The notes beneath the pieces were generated by a model, which did no database searches, was not told the DNA's origin, and saw only the letters and a list, made by a program, of their open reading frames with translations. Positions 25,753 to 40,325 of a stretch of DNA of 64,000 nucleotides are shown here, piece by piece. This DNA is from Squalus acanthias (Eukaryota): positions 124,001-188,000 of the forward strand of contig JASTWF010000357.1 of assembly GCA_030390025.1 (NCBI GenBank), written 5' to 3'. Positions within the stretch are counted from its first letter, which is position 1, and each line of letters opens with the position of its first letter. The position numbers and the translations under genes were made by a program.

Positions 25753-27488
25753 TACTTTGGGTCAGTCTTTACGAAGGAAGACACAAAAAACCTCCCTGGG
25801 ATATCGGGAAAAATAGGGACATTTGCAAAGGAGGAACTGACGCAAGTCAATATCTCGAAGGATATGGTGTTAAGGAAGCTAAAGGGATTGAAGGCGGACA
25901 AATCCCCAGGGCCTGATAACATGCATCCTAGGGTGCTGAAGGAGGTGGCCCTAGAGATAGCGGATGCACTAAGTATGATTTTTCAGAATTCATTAGTCTC
26001 GGGAACAGTGCCCATGGATTGGAGGGTAGCTAACGTTACCCCACTATTCAAAAAGGGGGGTAGGCAAAAAGCAGGTAATTACAGACCTGTAAGCCTTCCA
26101 TCAGTTGTGGGCAAAATGCTGGAGTCCATCATTAAGGATGAAATAGCGGAGCACTTAGCAAATGGGGACAGGATAGGACAGAGTCAATATGGATTTACAA
26201 AGGGTAAATCGTGCTTGACTAATCTATTGGAATTTTGAGGGAGTAACTGGTAAAATAGATGGGGGAGAGCCAGTAGATGTGGTGTACCTGGACTTCCAAA
26301 AGGCCTTCGATAAGGTCCCACATAAAAGATTAGCAGGGAAAATTGAAGCTCATGGGATAAAGGGGAAAGTATTGACGTGGATAGAGAACTGGCTGTCAGA
26401 TAGAAAACAGAGAGTTGGAATAAACGGCTCATTTTCTAAATGGCAGGCAGTAACAAGTGGGGTACCACAGGGATCTGTCCTGGGTCCCCAGCTGTTCACA
26501 ATTTACATTAATGACCTGGATCAGGGAGTCGGATGCAGCATTTCCAAATTTGCAGACGACACTAAACTAGGAGGGGGGGTGGGCTCAGAGGAGGAGACCA
26601 GGAAGCTCCAGAGCGATTTGGACAGACTGGGTGATTGGGCGGATAAATGGCAGATGCACTATAATGTGGACAAGTGCGAAGTTATCCACCTTGGGTGCAG
26701 GAACGGGAGGGCAAATTATTATTTAAATGGCAATAAATTGGGAGAGGGGGAAGTACAGAGAGACCTGGGTGTTCTTGTACACCAGTCACTGAAGGCGAGC
26801 ATGCAGGTGCAACAGGCGATCAAGAAGGCAAACGGTATGCTGGCCTTCATAGCAAAAGGGTTGGAATACAGGAACAGGGATACCTTGCTGCAGCTGTACA
26901 GGGCACTGGTGAGACCACACCTCGAGTACTGTGTACAGTTTTGGTCGCCTCATCTGAGGAAAGATGTTCTTGCCATGGAGGGGGTGCAGCGGCGATTCAC
27001 CAGGCTGATACCAGGAATGGCGGGATTGACCTATGAGGAGAGACTATGTAGTTTAGGGATGTACACACTGGAGTTTAGAAGATTGAGAGGGGACCTCATA
27101 GAAGTGTATAAAATTCTGACCGGTCTAGACAGACTAGATGCAGAAGGAATGTTTCCCTTGGCGGGTGAGAACAGAACTAGAGGACATAATTTAAGGATAA
27201 GGGCTAAACCATTTAGGACAGAAATGAGGGGGAATTTCTTCACTCAGAGGGTGGTGAACCTGTGGAACTCATTGCCACAGAGGGCAGTGTACGCCAGCTC
27301 ATTAAATATATTTAAGAGGGAATTAGATGTATTTCTACAGGCAAAAGGGGTTAAGGGTTACGGAGAGAAGGCGGGGACGGGATACTGAATTGGAGGATCA
27401 GCCATGATCTCATTAAATGGCGGAGCAGGCTCGAAGGGCCGGATGGCCTACTCCTGCTCCTATCTTCTATGTATCTATGTATCTATGT
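25753..27488 (+). mobile_element. 5'-truncated CR1 subfamily B, copy 1 (RT half of ORF2 + 3'UTR), frameshifted
   Basis: Starts at YFGSVFT. RT motifs in ORFs 25864-26238 and 26279-27388, split by a frameshift at GAATTTTGAG. Tail TTCTATGT(ATCTATGT)2. AGGA TSD at 25749-25752 and 27489-27492. Confidence 0.95.
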
Positions 27489-30400
27489 AGGAGGAGACCA
27501 TTCAGCCCCTCGAACAAGTTACATCGAAATAGGAGGAGGCCATTCAGCCCCTCGAACAAGTTACACAGAAACAGGAGGAGGAGACCATTCAGCCCCTCGA
27601 ACAAGTTACACAGAAACAGGAGGAGGAGACCATTCAGCCCCTCGAACAAGTTACATAGAAACAGGAGGAGGAGACCATTCAGCCCCTCGAACAAGTTACA
27701 CAGAAACAGGAGGAGGAGACCATTGAGCCCCTCGAACAAGTTACATAGAAACAGGCGGAGACCATTCAGCCCCTCGAAGCTCTTACCCCGCTGGGGAAAA
27801 AGGCCACGTAGGTGAGTTTAATGACTCACCTCAGGCCTCTGCCGCTCCAACCAGGTCCGCCCCTCCTTCCCCGCTGCCGACCGCTCTGTGGGAGAGAGAA
27901 AGAAAGAAAGAAAGGCTCCTCCTCCCCCGCTGAAACAGGAGGAGGAGACCATTCAGCCCCTCGAACAAGTTACATAGAAACAGGAGGAGACCATTCAGCC
28001 CCTCGAACAAGTTACACAGAAACAGGAGGAGGAGACCATTCAGCCCCTCGAACAAGTTACACAGAAACAGGAGGAGGAGACCATTCAGCCCCTCGAACAA
28101 GTTACACAGAAACAGGAGGAGGAGACCATTCAGCCCCTCGAACAAGTTACATAGAAACAAGAGGAGGAGACCATTCAGCCCCTCGAACAAGTTACATAGA
28201 AACAGGAGGAGGAGACCATTCAGCCCCTCGAACAAGTTACATAGAAACAGGAGGAGGAGACCATTCAGCCCCTCGAACAAGTTACATAGAAACAGGAGGA
28301 GACCATTCAGCCCCTCGAACAAGTTACATAGAAACAGGAGGAGGAGACCATTCAGCCCCTCGAACAAGTTACATAGAATCAGGAGGAGGAGACCATTCAG
28401 CCCCTCGAACAAGTTACATAGAATCAGGAGGAGGAGACCATTCAGCCCCTCGAACAAGTTACATAGAAACAGGAGGAGACCATTCAGCCCCTCGAACAAG
28501 TTACATAGAAACAGGAGGAGGAGACCATTCAGCCCCTCGAACAAGTTACATAGAAACAGGAGGAGACCATTCAGCCCCTCGAACAAGCGAAGCTCTTACC
28601 CCGCTGGGGAAAAAGACCACGTAGGTGAGTTTAATGACTCACCTCAGGCCTCTGCCGCTCCAACCAGGTCCGCCCCTCCTTCCCCACTGCCGACCGCTCT
28701 GTGGGAGAGAGAAAGAAAGAAAGGCTCCTCCTCCCCCGCTGAAACAGGAGGAGACCATTCAGCCCCTCGAACAAGTGACATAGAAACAGGAGGAGGAGAC
28801 CATTCAGCCCCTCGAACAAGTTACATAGAAACAGGAGGAGACCATTCAGCCCCTCGAACAAGTTACATAGAATCAGGAGGAGGAGACCATTCAGCCCCTC
28901 GAACAAGTTACATAGAATCAGGAGGAGGAGACCATTCAGCCCCTCGAACAAGTTACAGAGAAACAGGAGGAGACCATTCAGCCCCTCGAACAAGTTACAT
29001 AGAATCAGGAGGAGGAGACCATTCAGCCCCTCGAACAAGTTACATAGAATCAGGAGGAGGAGACCATTCAGCCCCTCGAACAAGTTACAGAGAAACAGGA
29101 GGAGACCATTCAGCCCCTCGAACAAGTTACATAGAAACAGGAGGAGGAGACCATTCAGCCCCTCGAACAAGTTACACAGAAACAGGAGGAGGAGACCATT
29201 CAGCCCCTCGAACAAGTTACACAGAAACAGGAGGAGACCATTCAGCCCCTCGAACAAGTTACACAGAAACAGGAGTAGGAGACCATTCAGCCCCTCGATC
29301 AAGTTACATAGAAACAGGAGGAGACCATTCAGCCCCTCGAACAAGTTACACAGAAACAGGAGGAGGAGACCATTCAGCCCCTCGAACAAGTTACACAGAA
29401 ACAGGAGGAGGAGACCATTCAGCCCCTCGAACAAGTTACATAGAAACAGGAGGAGGAGACCATTCAGCCCCTCGAACAAGTTACATAGAAACAGGAGGAG
29501 ACCATTCAGCCCCTCGAACAAGTTACATAGAATCAGGAGGAGGAGACCATTCAGCCCCTCGAACAAGTTACACAGAAACAGGAGGAGACCATTCAGCCCC
29601 TCGAACAAGTTACATAGAAACAGGAGGAGGAGACCATTCAGCCCCTCGAACAAGCGAAGCTCTTACCCCGCTGGGGAAAAAGACCACGTAGGTGAGTTTA
29701 ATGACTCACCTCAGGCCTCTGCCGCTCCAACCAGGTCCGCCCCTCCTTCCCCGCTGCCGACCGCTCTGTGGGAGAGAGAAAGAAAGAAAGGCTCCTCCTC
29801 CCCCGCTGAAACAGGAGGAGACCATTCAGCCCCTCGAACAAGTTACATAGAAACAGGAGGAGACCATTCAGCCCCTCGAACAAGTTACATAGAAACAGGA
29901 GGAGGAGACCATTCAGCCCCTCGAACAAGTTACACAGAAACAGGAGGAGGAGACCATTCAGCCCCTCGAACAAGTTACACAGAAACAGGAGGAGGAGACC
30001 ATTCAGCCCCTCGAACAAGTTACATAGAAACAGGCGGAGACCATTCAGCCCCTCGAAGCTCTTACCCCGCTGGGGAAAAAGGCCATGTAGGTGAGTTTAA
30101 TGACTCACCTCGGGCCTCTGCCGCTCCAACCTAGTCCGCCCCTCCTTCCCCGCTGCCGACCGCTCTGTGCGAGAGAGAAAGAAAGGCTCCTCCTCCCCCG
30201 CTGAAACAGGAGGAGACCATTCAGCCCCTCGAACAAGTTACATAGAAACAGGAGGAGGAGACCATTCAGCCCCTCGAACAAGTTACACAGAAACAGGAGT
30301 AGGAGACCATTCAGCCCCTCGATCAAGTTACATAGAAACAGGAGGAGACCATTCAGCCCCTCGAACAAGTTACATAGAAACAGGAGGAGGAGACCATTCA

Positions 30401-32437
30401 GCCCCTCGAACAAGTTACATTGAAACAGGAGGAGGAGACCATTCAGCCCCTCGAACAAGTTACACAGAAACAGGAGGAGGAGACCATTCAGCCCCTCGAA
30501 CAAGTTACACAGAAACAGGAGGAGGAGACCATTCAGCCCCTCGAACAAGTTACATAGAAACAGGAGGAGGAGACCATTCAGCCCCTCGAACAAGTTACAC
30601 AGAAACAGGAGGAGGAGACCATTCAGCCCCTCGAACAAGTTACATCGAAACAGGAGGAGACCATTCAGCCCCTCGAAGCTCTTACCCCGCTGGGGAAAAA
30701 GGCCACGTAGGTGAGTTTAATGACTCACCTCAGGCCTCTGCCGCTCCAACCAGGTCCGCCCCTCCTTCCCCGCTGCCGACCGCTCTGTGCGAGAGAGAAA
30801 GAAAGAAAGGCTCCCCCTCCCCCGCTGAAACAGGAGGAGACCATTCAGCCCCTCGAACAAGTTACATGGAAACAGGAGAAGGAGACCATTCAGCCCCTCG
30901 AACAAGTTACATAGAAACAGGAGGAGACCATTCAGCCCCTCGAACAAGTTACACAGAAACAGGAGTAGGAGACCATTCAGCCCCTCGATCAAGTTACATA
31001 GAAACAGGAGGAGACCATTCAGCCCCTCGAACAAGTTACATAGAAACAGGAGGAGGAGACCATTCAGCCCCTCGAACAAGTTACATAGAAACAGGAGGAG
31101 GAGACCATTCAGCCCCTCGAACAAGTTACACAGAAACAGGAGGAGGAGACCATTCAGCCCCTCGAACAAGTTACACAGAAACAGGAGGAGGAGACCATTC
31201 AGCCCCTCGAACAAGTTACATAGAAACAGGAGGAGGAGACCATTCAGCCCCTCGAACAAGTTACATAGAAACAGGAGGAGACCATTCAGCCCCTCGAACA
31301 AGTTACATCGAAACAGGAGGAGACCATTCAGCCCCTCGAAGCTCTTACCCCGCTGGGGAAAAAGGCCACGTAGGTGAGTTTAATGACTCACCTCAGGCCT
31401 CTGCCGCTCCAACCAGGTCCGCCCCTCCTTCCCCGCTGCCGACCGCTCTGTGCGAGAGAGAAAGAAAGAAAGGCTCCCCCTCCCCCGCTGAAACAGGAGG
31501 AGACCATTCAGCCCCTCGAACAAGTTACATGGAAACAGGAGAAGGAGACCATTCAGCCCCTCGAACAAGTTACATAGAAACAGGAGGAGACCATTCAGCC
31601 CCTCGAACAAGTTACACAGAAACAGGAGGAGACCATTCAGCCCCTCGAACAAGTTACATAGAAACAGGAGGAGACCATTCAGCCCCTCGAACAAGTTACA
31701 TCGAAACAGACCATTCAGCCCCTCGAACAAGTTACACAGAAACAGGACACCATTCAGCCCCTCGAACAAGTTACACAGAAACAGGAGGAGGAGACCATTG
31801 AGCCCCTCGAACAAGTTACATAGGAACAGGCGGAGGCCATTCAGCCCCTCGAACAAGTTACACAGAAACAGGAGGAGGAGACCATTCAGCCCCTCGAACA
31901 AGTTACACAGAAACAGGAGGAGACCATTCAGCCCCTCGAACAAGTTACATCGAAACAGGAGGAGACCATTCAGCCCCTCGAACAAGTTACACAGAAACAG
32001 GAGGAGACCATTCAGCCCCTCGAACAAGTTACATAGAAACAGGAGGAGGAGACCATTCAGCCCCTCGAACAAGTTACACAGAAACAGGAGGAGACCATTC
32101 AGCCCCTCGAACAAGTTACATAGAAACAGGAGGAGGAGACCATTCAGCCCCTCGAACAAGTTACATAGAAACAGGAGGAGGAGACCATTCAGCCCCTCGA
32201 ACAAGTTACATAGAAACAGGAGGAGGAGACCATTCAGCCCCTCGAACAAGTTACATAGAAACAGGAGGAGGCCATTCAGCCCCTCGAACAAGTTGCATAG
32301 AAACCGGAGGAGGAGACCATTCAGCCCCTCGAACAAGTTACATCGAAATAGGAGGAGGCCATTTAGCCCCTCGAACAAGTTACATAGAAACAGGAGGAGG
32401 CCATTCAGCCCCTCGAACAAGTTACATAGAAACAGGA

Positions 32438-34173
32438 TACTTTGGGTCAGTCTTTACGAAGGAAGACACAAAAAACCTCCCTGGGATATCGGGAAAAATA
32501 GGGACATTTGCAAAGGAGGAACTGACGCAAGTCAATATCTCGAAGGATATGGTGTTAAGGAAGCTAAAGGGATTGAAGGCGGACAAATCCCCAGGGCCTG
32601 ATAACATGCATCCTAGGGTGCTGAAGGAGGTGGCCCTAGAGATAGCGGATGCACTAAGTATGATTTTTCAGAATTCATTAGTCTCGGGAACAGTGCCCAT
32701 GGATTGGAGGGTAGCTAACGTTACCCCACTATTCAAAAAGGGGGGTAGGCAAAAAGCAGGTAATTACAGACCTGTAAGCCTTCCATCAGTTGTGGGCAAA
32801 ATGCTGGAGTCCATCATTAAGGATGAAATAGCGGAGCACTTAGCAAATGGGGACAGGATAGGACAGAGTCAACATGGATTTACAAAGGGTAAATCGTGCT
32901 TGACTAATCTATTGGAATTTTGAGGGAGTAACTGGTAAAATAGATGGGGGAGAGCCAGTAGATGTGGTGTACCTGGACTTCCAAAAGGCCTTCGATAAGG
33001 TCCCACATAAAAGATTAGCAGGGAAAATTGAAGCTCATGGGATAAAGGGGAAAGTATTGACGTGGATAGAGAACTGGCTGTCAGATAGAAAACAGAGAGT
33101 TGGAATAAACGGCTCATTTTCTAAATGGCAGGCAGTAACAAGTGGGGTACCACAGGGATCTGTCCTGGGTCCCCAGCTGTTCACAATTTACATTAATGAC
33201 CTGGATCAGGGAGTCGGATGCAGCATTTCCAAATTTGCAGACGACACTAAACTAGGAGGGGGGGTGGGCTCAGAGGAGGAGACCAGGAAGCTCCAGAGCG
33301 ATTTGGACAGACTGGGTGATTGGGCGGATAAATGGCAGATGCACTATAATGTGGACAAGTGCGAAGTTATCCACCTTGGGTGCAGGAACGGGAGGGCAAA
33401 TTATTATTTAAATGGCAATAAATTGGGAGAGGGGGAAGTACAGAGAGACCTGGGTGTTCTTGTACACCAGTCACTGAAGGCGAGCATGCAGGTGCAACAG
33501 GCGATCAAGAAGGCAAACGGTATGCTGGCCTTCATAGCAAAAGGGTTGGAATACAGGAACAGGGATACCTTGCTGCAGCTGTACAGGGCACTGGTGAGAC
33601 CACACCTCGAGTACTGTGTACAGTTTTGGTCGCCTCATCTGAGGAAAGATGTTCTTGCCATGGAGGGGGTGCAGCGGCGATTCACCAGGCTGATACCAGG
33701 AATGGCGGGATTGACCTATGAGGAGAGACTATGTAGTTTAGGGATGTACACACTGGAGTTTAGAAGATTGAGAGGGGACCTCATAGAAGTGTATAAAATT
33801 CTGACCGGTCTAGACAGACTAGATGCAGAAGGAATGTTTCCCTTGGCGGGTGAGAACAGAACTAGAGGACATAATTTAAGGATAAGGGCTAAACCATTTA
33901 GGACAGAAATGAGGGGGAATTTCTTCACTCAGAGGGTGGTGAACCTGTGGAACTCATTGCCACAGAGGGCAGTGTACGCCAGCTCATTAAATATATTTAA
34001 GAGGGAATTAGATGTATTTCTACAGGCAAAAGGGGTTAAGGGTTACGGAGAGAAGGCGGGGACGGGATACTGAATTGGAGGATCAGCCATGATCTCATTA
34101 AATGGCGGAGCAGGCTCGAAGGGCCGGATGGCCTACTCCTGCTCCTATCTTCTATGTATCTATGTATCTATGT
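32438..34173 (+). mobile_element. 5'-truncated CR1 subfamily B, copy 2
   Basis: Same junctions, TSD and frameshift as copy 1; nearly identical sequence. Confidence 0.95.
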
Positions 34174-37100
34174 AGGAGGAGACCATTCAGCCCCTCGAAC
34201 AAGTTACATCGAAATAGGAGGAGGCCATTCAGCCCCTCGAACAAGTTACACAGAAACAGGAGGAGGAGACCATTCAGCCCCTCGAACAAGTTACACAGAA
34301 ACAGGAGGAGGAGACCATTCAGCCCCTCGAACAAGTTACATAGAAACAGGAGGAGGAGACCATTCAGCCCCTCGAACAAGTTACACAGAAACAGGAGGAG
34401 GAGACCATTGAGCCCCTCGAACAAGTTACATAGAAACAGGCGGAGACCATTCAGCCCCTCGAAGCTCTTACCCCGCTGGGGAAAAAGGCCACGTAGGTGA
34501 GTTTAATGACTCACCTCAGGCCTCTGCCGCTCCAACCAGGTCCGCCCCTCCTTCCCCGCTGCCGACCGCTCTGTGGGAGAGAGAAAGAAAGAAAGAAAGG
34601 CTCCTCCTCCCCCGCTGAAACAGGAGGAGGAGACCATTCAGCCCCTCGAACAAGTTACGTAGAAACAGGAGGAGACCATTCAGCCCCTCGAACAAGTTAC
34701 ACAGAAACAGGAGGAGGAGACCATTCAGCCCCTCGAACAAGTTACACAGAAACAGGAGGAGGAGACCATTCAGCCCCTCGAACAAGTTACACAGAAACAG
34801 GAGGAGGAGACCATTCAGCCCCTCGAACAAGTTACACAGAAACAGGAGGAGGAGACCATTCAGCCCCTCGAACAAGTTACATAGAAACAAGAGGAGGAGA
34901 CCATTCAGCCCCTCGAACAAGTTACATAGAAACAGGAGGAGGAGACCATTCAGCCCCTCGAACAAGTTACATAGAAACAGGAGGAGGAGACCATTCAGCC
35001 CCTCGAACAAGTTACATAGAAACAGGAGGAGACCATTCAGCCCCTCGAACAAGTTACATAGAAACAGGAGGAGGAGACCATTCAGCCCCTCGAACAAGTT
35101 ACATAGAATCAGGAGGAGGAGACCATTCAGCCCCTCGAACAAGTTACATAGAATCAGGAGGAGGAGACCATTCAGCCCCTCGAACAAGTTACATAGAAAC
35201 AGGAGGAGACCATTCAGCCCCTCGAACAAGTTACATAGAAACAGGAGGAGGAGACCATTCAGCCCCTCGAACAAGTTACATAGAAACAGGAGGAGACCAT
35301 TCAGCCCCTCGAACAAGCGAAGCTCTTACCCCGCTGGGGAAAAAGACCACGTAGGTGAGTTTAATGACTCACCTCAGGCCTCTGCCGCTCCAACCAGGTC
35401 CGCCCCTCCTTCCCCACTGCCGACCGCTCTGTGGGAGAGAGAAAGAAAGAAAGGCTCCTCCTCCCCCGCTGAAACAGGAGGAGACCATTCAGCCCCTCGA
35501 ACAAGTGACATAGAAACAGGAGGAGGAGACCATTCAGCCCCTCGAACAAGTTACATAGAAACAGGAGGAGACCATTCAGCCCCTCGAACAAGTTACATAG
35601 AATCAGGAGGAGGAGACCATTCAGCCCCTCGAACAAGTTACATAGAATCAGGAGGAGGAGACCATTCAGCCCCTCGAACAAGTTACAGAGAAACAGGAGG
35701 AGACCATTCAGCCCCTCGAACAAGTTACATAGAATCAGGAGGAGGAGACCATTCAGCCCCTCGAACAAGTTACATAGAATCAGGAGGAGGAGACCATTCA
35801 GCCCCTCGAACAAGTTACAGAGAAACAGGAGGAGACCATTCAGCCCCTCGAACAAGTTACATAGAAACAGGAGGAGGAGACCATTCAGCCCCTCGAACAA
35901 GTTACACAGAAACAGGAGGAGGAGACCATTCAGCCCCTCGAACAAGTTACATAGAAACAGGAGGAGGAGACCATTCAGCCCCTCGAACAAGTTACATAGA
36001 AACAGGAGGAGACCATTCAGCCCCTCGAACAAGTTACACAGAAAGCGGAGGAGGAGACCATTCAGCCCCTCGATCAAGTTACATAGAAACAGGAGGAGAC
36101 CATTCAGCCCCTCGAACAAGTTACACAGAAACAGGAGGAGGAGACCATTCAGCCCCTCGAACAAGTTACACAGAAACAGGAGGAGGAGACCATTCAGCCC
36201 CTCGAACAAGTTACATAGAAACAGGAGGAGGAGACCATTCAGCCCCTCGAACAAGTTACATAGAAACAGGAGGAGACCATTCAGCCCCTCGAACAAGTTA
36301 CATAGAATCAGGAGGAGGAGACCATTCAGCCCCTCGAACAAGTTACACAGAAACAGGAGGAGACCATTCAGCCCCTCGAACAAGTTACATAGAAACAGGA
36401 GGAGGAGACCATTCAGCCCCTCGAACAAGCGAAGCTCTTACCCCGCTGGGGAAAAAGACCACGTAGGTGAGTTTAATGACTCACCTCAGGCCTCTGCCGC
36501 TCCAACCAGGTCCGCCCCTCCTTCCCCGCTGCCGACCGCTCTGTGGGAGAGAGAAAGAAAGAAAGGCTCCTCCTCCCCCGCTGAAACAGGAGGAGACCAT
36601 TCAGCCCCTCGAACAAGTTACATAGAAACAGGAGGAGACCATTCAGCCCCTCGAACAAGTTACATAGAAACAGGAGGAGGAGACCATTCAGCCCCTCGAA
36701 CAAGTTACACAGAAACAGGAGGAGGAGACCATTCAGCCCCTCGAACAAGTTACACAGAAACAGGAGGAGGAGACCATTCAGCCCCTCGAACAAGTTACAT
36801 AGAAACAGGCGGAGACCATTCAGCCCCTCGAAGCTCTTACCCCGCTGGGGAAAAAGGCCATGTAGGTGAGTTTAATGACTCACCTCGGGCCTCTGCCGCT
36901 CCAACCTAGTCCGCCCCTCCTTCCCCGCTGCCGACCGCTCTGTGCGAGAGAGAAAGAAAGGCTCCTCCTCCCCCGCTGAAACAGGAGGAGACCATTCAGC
37001 CCCTCGAACAAGTTACATAGAAACAGGAGGAGGAGACCATTCAGCCCCTCGATCAAGTTACATAGAAACAGGAGGAGACCATTCAGCCCCTCGAACAAGT

Positions 37101-38589
37101 TACATAGAAACAGGAGGAGGAGACCATTCAGCCCCTCGAACAAGTTACATAGAAACAGGAGGAGGAGACCATTCAGCCCCTCGAACAAGTTACACAGAAA
37201 CAGGAGGAGGAGACCATTCAGCCCCTCGAACAAGTTACACAGAAACAGGAGGAGGAGACCATTCAGCCCCTCGAACAAGTTACATAGAAACAGGAGGAGG
37301 AGACCATTCAGCCCCTCGAACAAGTTACATAGAAACAGGAGGAGACCATTCAGCCCCTCGAAAAAAGTTACATAGAAACAGGAGGAGGAGACCATTCAGC
37401 CCCTCGAACAAGTTACATAGAAACAGGAGGAGACCATTCAGCCCCTCGAACAAGTTACATCGAAACAGGAGGAGACCATTCAGCCCCTCGAAGCTCTTAC
37501 CCCGCTGGGGAAAAAGGCCACGTAGGTGAGTTTAATGACTCACCTCAGGCCTCTGCCGCTCCAACCAGGTCCGCCCCTCCTTCCCCGCTGCCGACCGCTC
37601 TGTGCGAGAGAGAAAGAAAGAAAGGCTCCTCCTCCCCCGCTGAAACAGGAGGAGACCATTCAGCCCCTCGAACAAGTTACATGGAAACAGGAGAAGGAGA
37701 CCATTCAGCCCCTCGAACAAGTTACATAGAAACAGGAGGAGACCATTCAGCCCCTCGAACAAGTTACACAGAAACAGGAGGAGACCATTCAGCCCCTCGA
37801 ACAAGTTACATAGAAACAGGAGGAGACCATTCAGCCCCTCGAACAAGTTACATCGAAACAGACCATTCAGCCCCTCGAACAAGTTACACAGAAACAGGAC
37901 ACCATTCAGCCCCTCGAACAAGTTACACAGAAACAGGAGGAGGAGACCATTGAGCCCCTCGAACAAGTTACATAGGAACAGGCGGAGGCCATTCAGCCCC
38001 TCGAACAAGTTACACAGAAACAGGAGGAGGAGACCATTCAGCCCCTCGAACAAGTTACACAGAAACAGGAGGAGACCATTCAGCCCCTCGAACAAGTTAC
38101 ATCGAAACAGGAGGAGACCATTCAGCCCCTCGAACAAGTTACACAGAAACAGGAGGAGACCATTCAGCCCCTCGAACAAGTTACATAGAAACAGGAGGAG
38201 GAGACCATTCAGCCCCTCGAACAAGTTACACAGAAACAGGAGGAGACCATTCAGCCCCTCGAACAAGTTACATAGAAACAGGAGGAGGAGACCATTCAGC
38301 CCCTCGAACAAGTTACATAGAAACAGGAGGAGGAGACCATTCAGCCCCTCGAACAAGTTACATAGAAACAGGAGGAGGAGACCATTCAGCCCCTCGAACA
38401 AGTTACATAGAAACAGGAGGAGGCCATTCAGCCCCTCGAACAAGTTGCATAGAAACCGGAGGAGGAGACCATTCAGCCCCTCGAACAAGTTACATCGAAA
38501 TAGGAGGAGGCCATTTAGCCCCTCGAACAAGTTACATAGAAACAGGAGGAGGCCATTCAGCCCCTCGAACAAGTTACATAGAAACAGGA

Positions 38590-40325
38590 TACTTTGGGTC
38601 AGTCTTTACGAAGGAAGACACAAAAAACCTCCCTGGGATATCGGGAAAAATAGGGACATTTGCAAAGGAGGAACTGACGCAAGTCAATATCTCGAAGGAT
38701 ATGGTGTTAAGGAAGCTAAAGGGATTGAAGGCGGACAAATCCCCAGGGCCTGATAACATGCATCCTAGGGTGCTGAAGGAGGTGGCCCTAGAGATAGCGG
38801 ATGCACTAAGTATGATTTTTCAGAATTCATTAGTCTCGGGAACAGTGCCCATGGATTGGAGGGTAGCTAACGTTACCCCACTATTCAAAAAGGGGGGTAG
38901 GCAAAAAGCAGGTAATTACAGACCTGTAAGCCTTCCATCAGTTGTGGGCAAAATGCTGGAGTCCATCATTAAGGATGAAATAGCGGAGCACTTAGCAAAT
39001 GGGGACAGGATAGGACAGAGTCAACATGGATTTACAAAGGGTAAATCGTGCTTGACTAATCTATTGGAATTTTGAGGGAGTAACTGGTAAAATAGATGGG
39101 GGAGAGCCAGTAGATGTGGTGTACCTGGACTTCCAAAAGGCCTTCGATAAGGTCCCACATAAAAGATTAGCAGGGAAAATTGAAGCTCATGGGATAAAGG
39201 GGAAAGTATTGACGTGGATAGAGAACTGGCTGTCAGATAGAAAACAGAGAGTTGGAATAAACGGCTCATTTTCTAAATGGCAGGCAGTAACAAGTGGGGT
39301 ACCACAGGGATCTGTCCTGGGTCCCCAGCTGTTCACAATTTACATTAATGACCTGGATCAGGGAGTCGGATGCAGCATTTCCAAATTTGCAGACGACACT
39401 AAACTAGGAGGGGGGGTGGGCTCAGAGGAGGAGACCAGGAAGCTCCAGAGCGATTTGGACAGACTGGGTGATTGGGCGGATAAATGGCAGATGCACTATA
39501 ATGTGGACAAGTGCGAAGTTATCCACCTTGGGTGCAGGAACGGGAGGGCAAATTATTATTTAAATGGCAATAAATTGGGAGAGGGGGAAGTACAGAGAGA
39601 CCTGGGTGTTCTTGTACACCAGTCACTGAAGGCGAGCATGCAGGTGCAACAGGCGATCAAGAAGGCAAACGGTATGCTGGCCTTCATAGCAAAAGGGTTG
39701 GAATACAGGAACAGGGATACCTTGCTGCAGCTGTACAGGGCACTGGTGAGACCACACCTCGAGTACTGTGTACAGTTTTGGTCGCCTCATCTGAGGAAAG
39801 ATGTTCTTGCCATGGAGGGGGTGCAGCGGCGATTCACCAGGCTGATACCAGGAATGGCGGGATTGACCTATGAGGAGAGACTATGTAGTTTAGGGATGTA
39901 CACACTGGAGTTTAGAAGATTGAGAGGGGACCTCATAGAAGTGTATAAAATTCTGACAGGTCTAGACAGACTAGATGCAGAAGGAATGTTTCCCTTGGCG
40001 GGTGAGAACAGAACTAGAGGACATAATTTAAGGATAAGGGCTAAACCATTTAGGACAGAAATGAGGGGGAATTTCTTCACTCAGAGGGTGGTGAACCTGT
40101 GGAACTCATTGCCACAGAGGGCAGTGTACGCCAGCTCATTAAATATATTTAAGAGGGAATTAGATGTATTTCTACAGGCAAAAGGGGTTAAGGGTTACGG
40201 AGAGAAGGCGGGGACGGGATACTGAATTGGAGGATCAGCCATGATCTCATTAAATGGCGGAGCAGGCTCGAAGGGCCGGATGGCCTACTCCTGCTCCTAT
40301 CTTCTATGTATCTATGTATCTATGT
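38590..40325 (+). mobile_element. 5'-truncated CR1 subfamily B, copy 3
   Basis: Same junctions, TSD and frameshift as copies 1 and 2. Confidence 0.95.

Noticed and set aside
25753..40325. Three independent CR1-B insertions
   Set aside because: Identical truncation point, TSD, tail length and frameshift indicate one insertion that was later triplicated.
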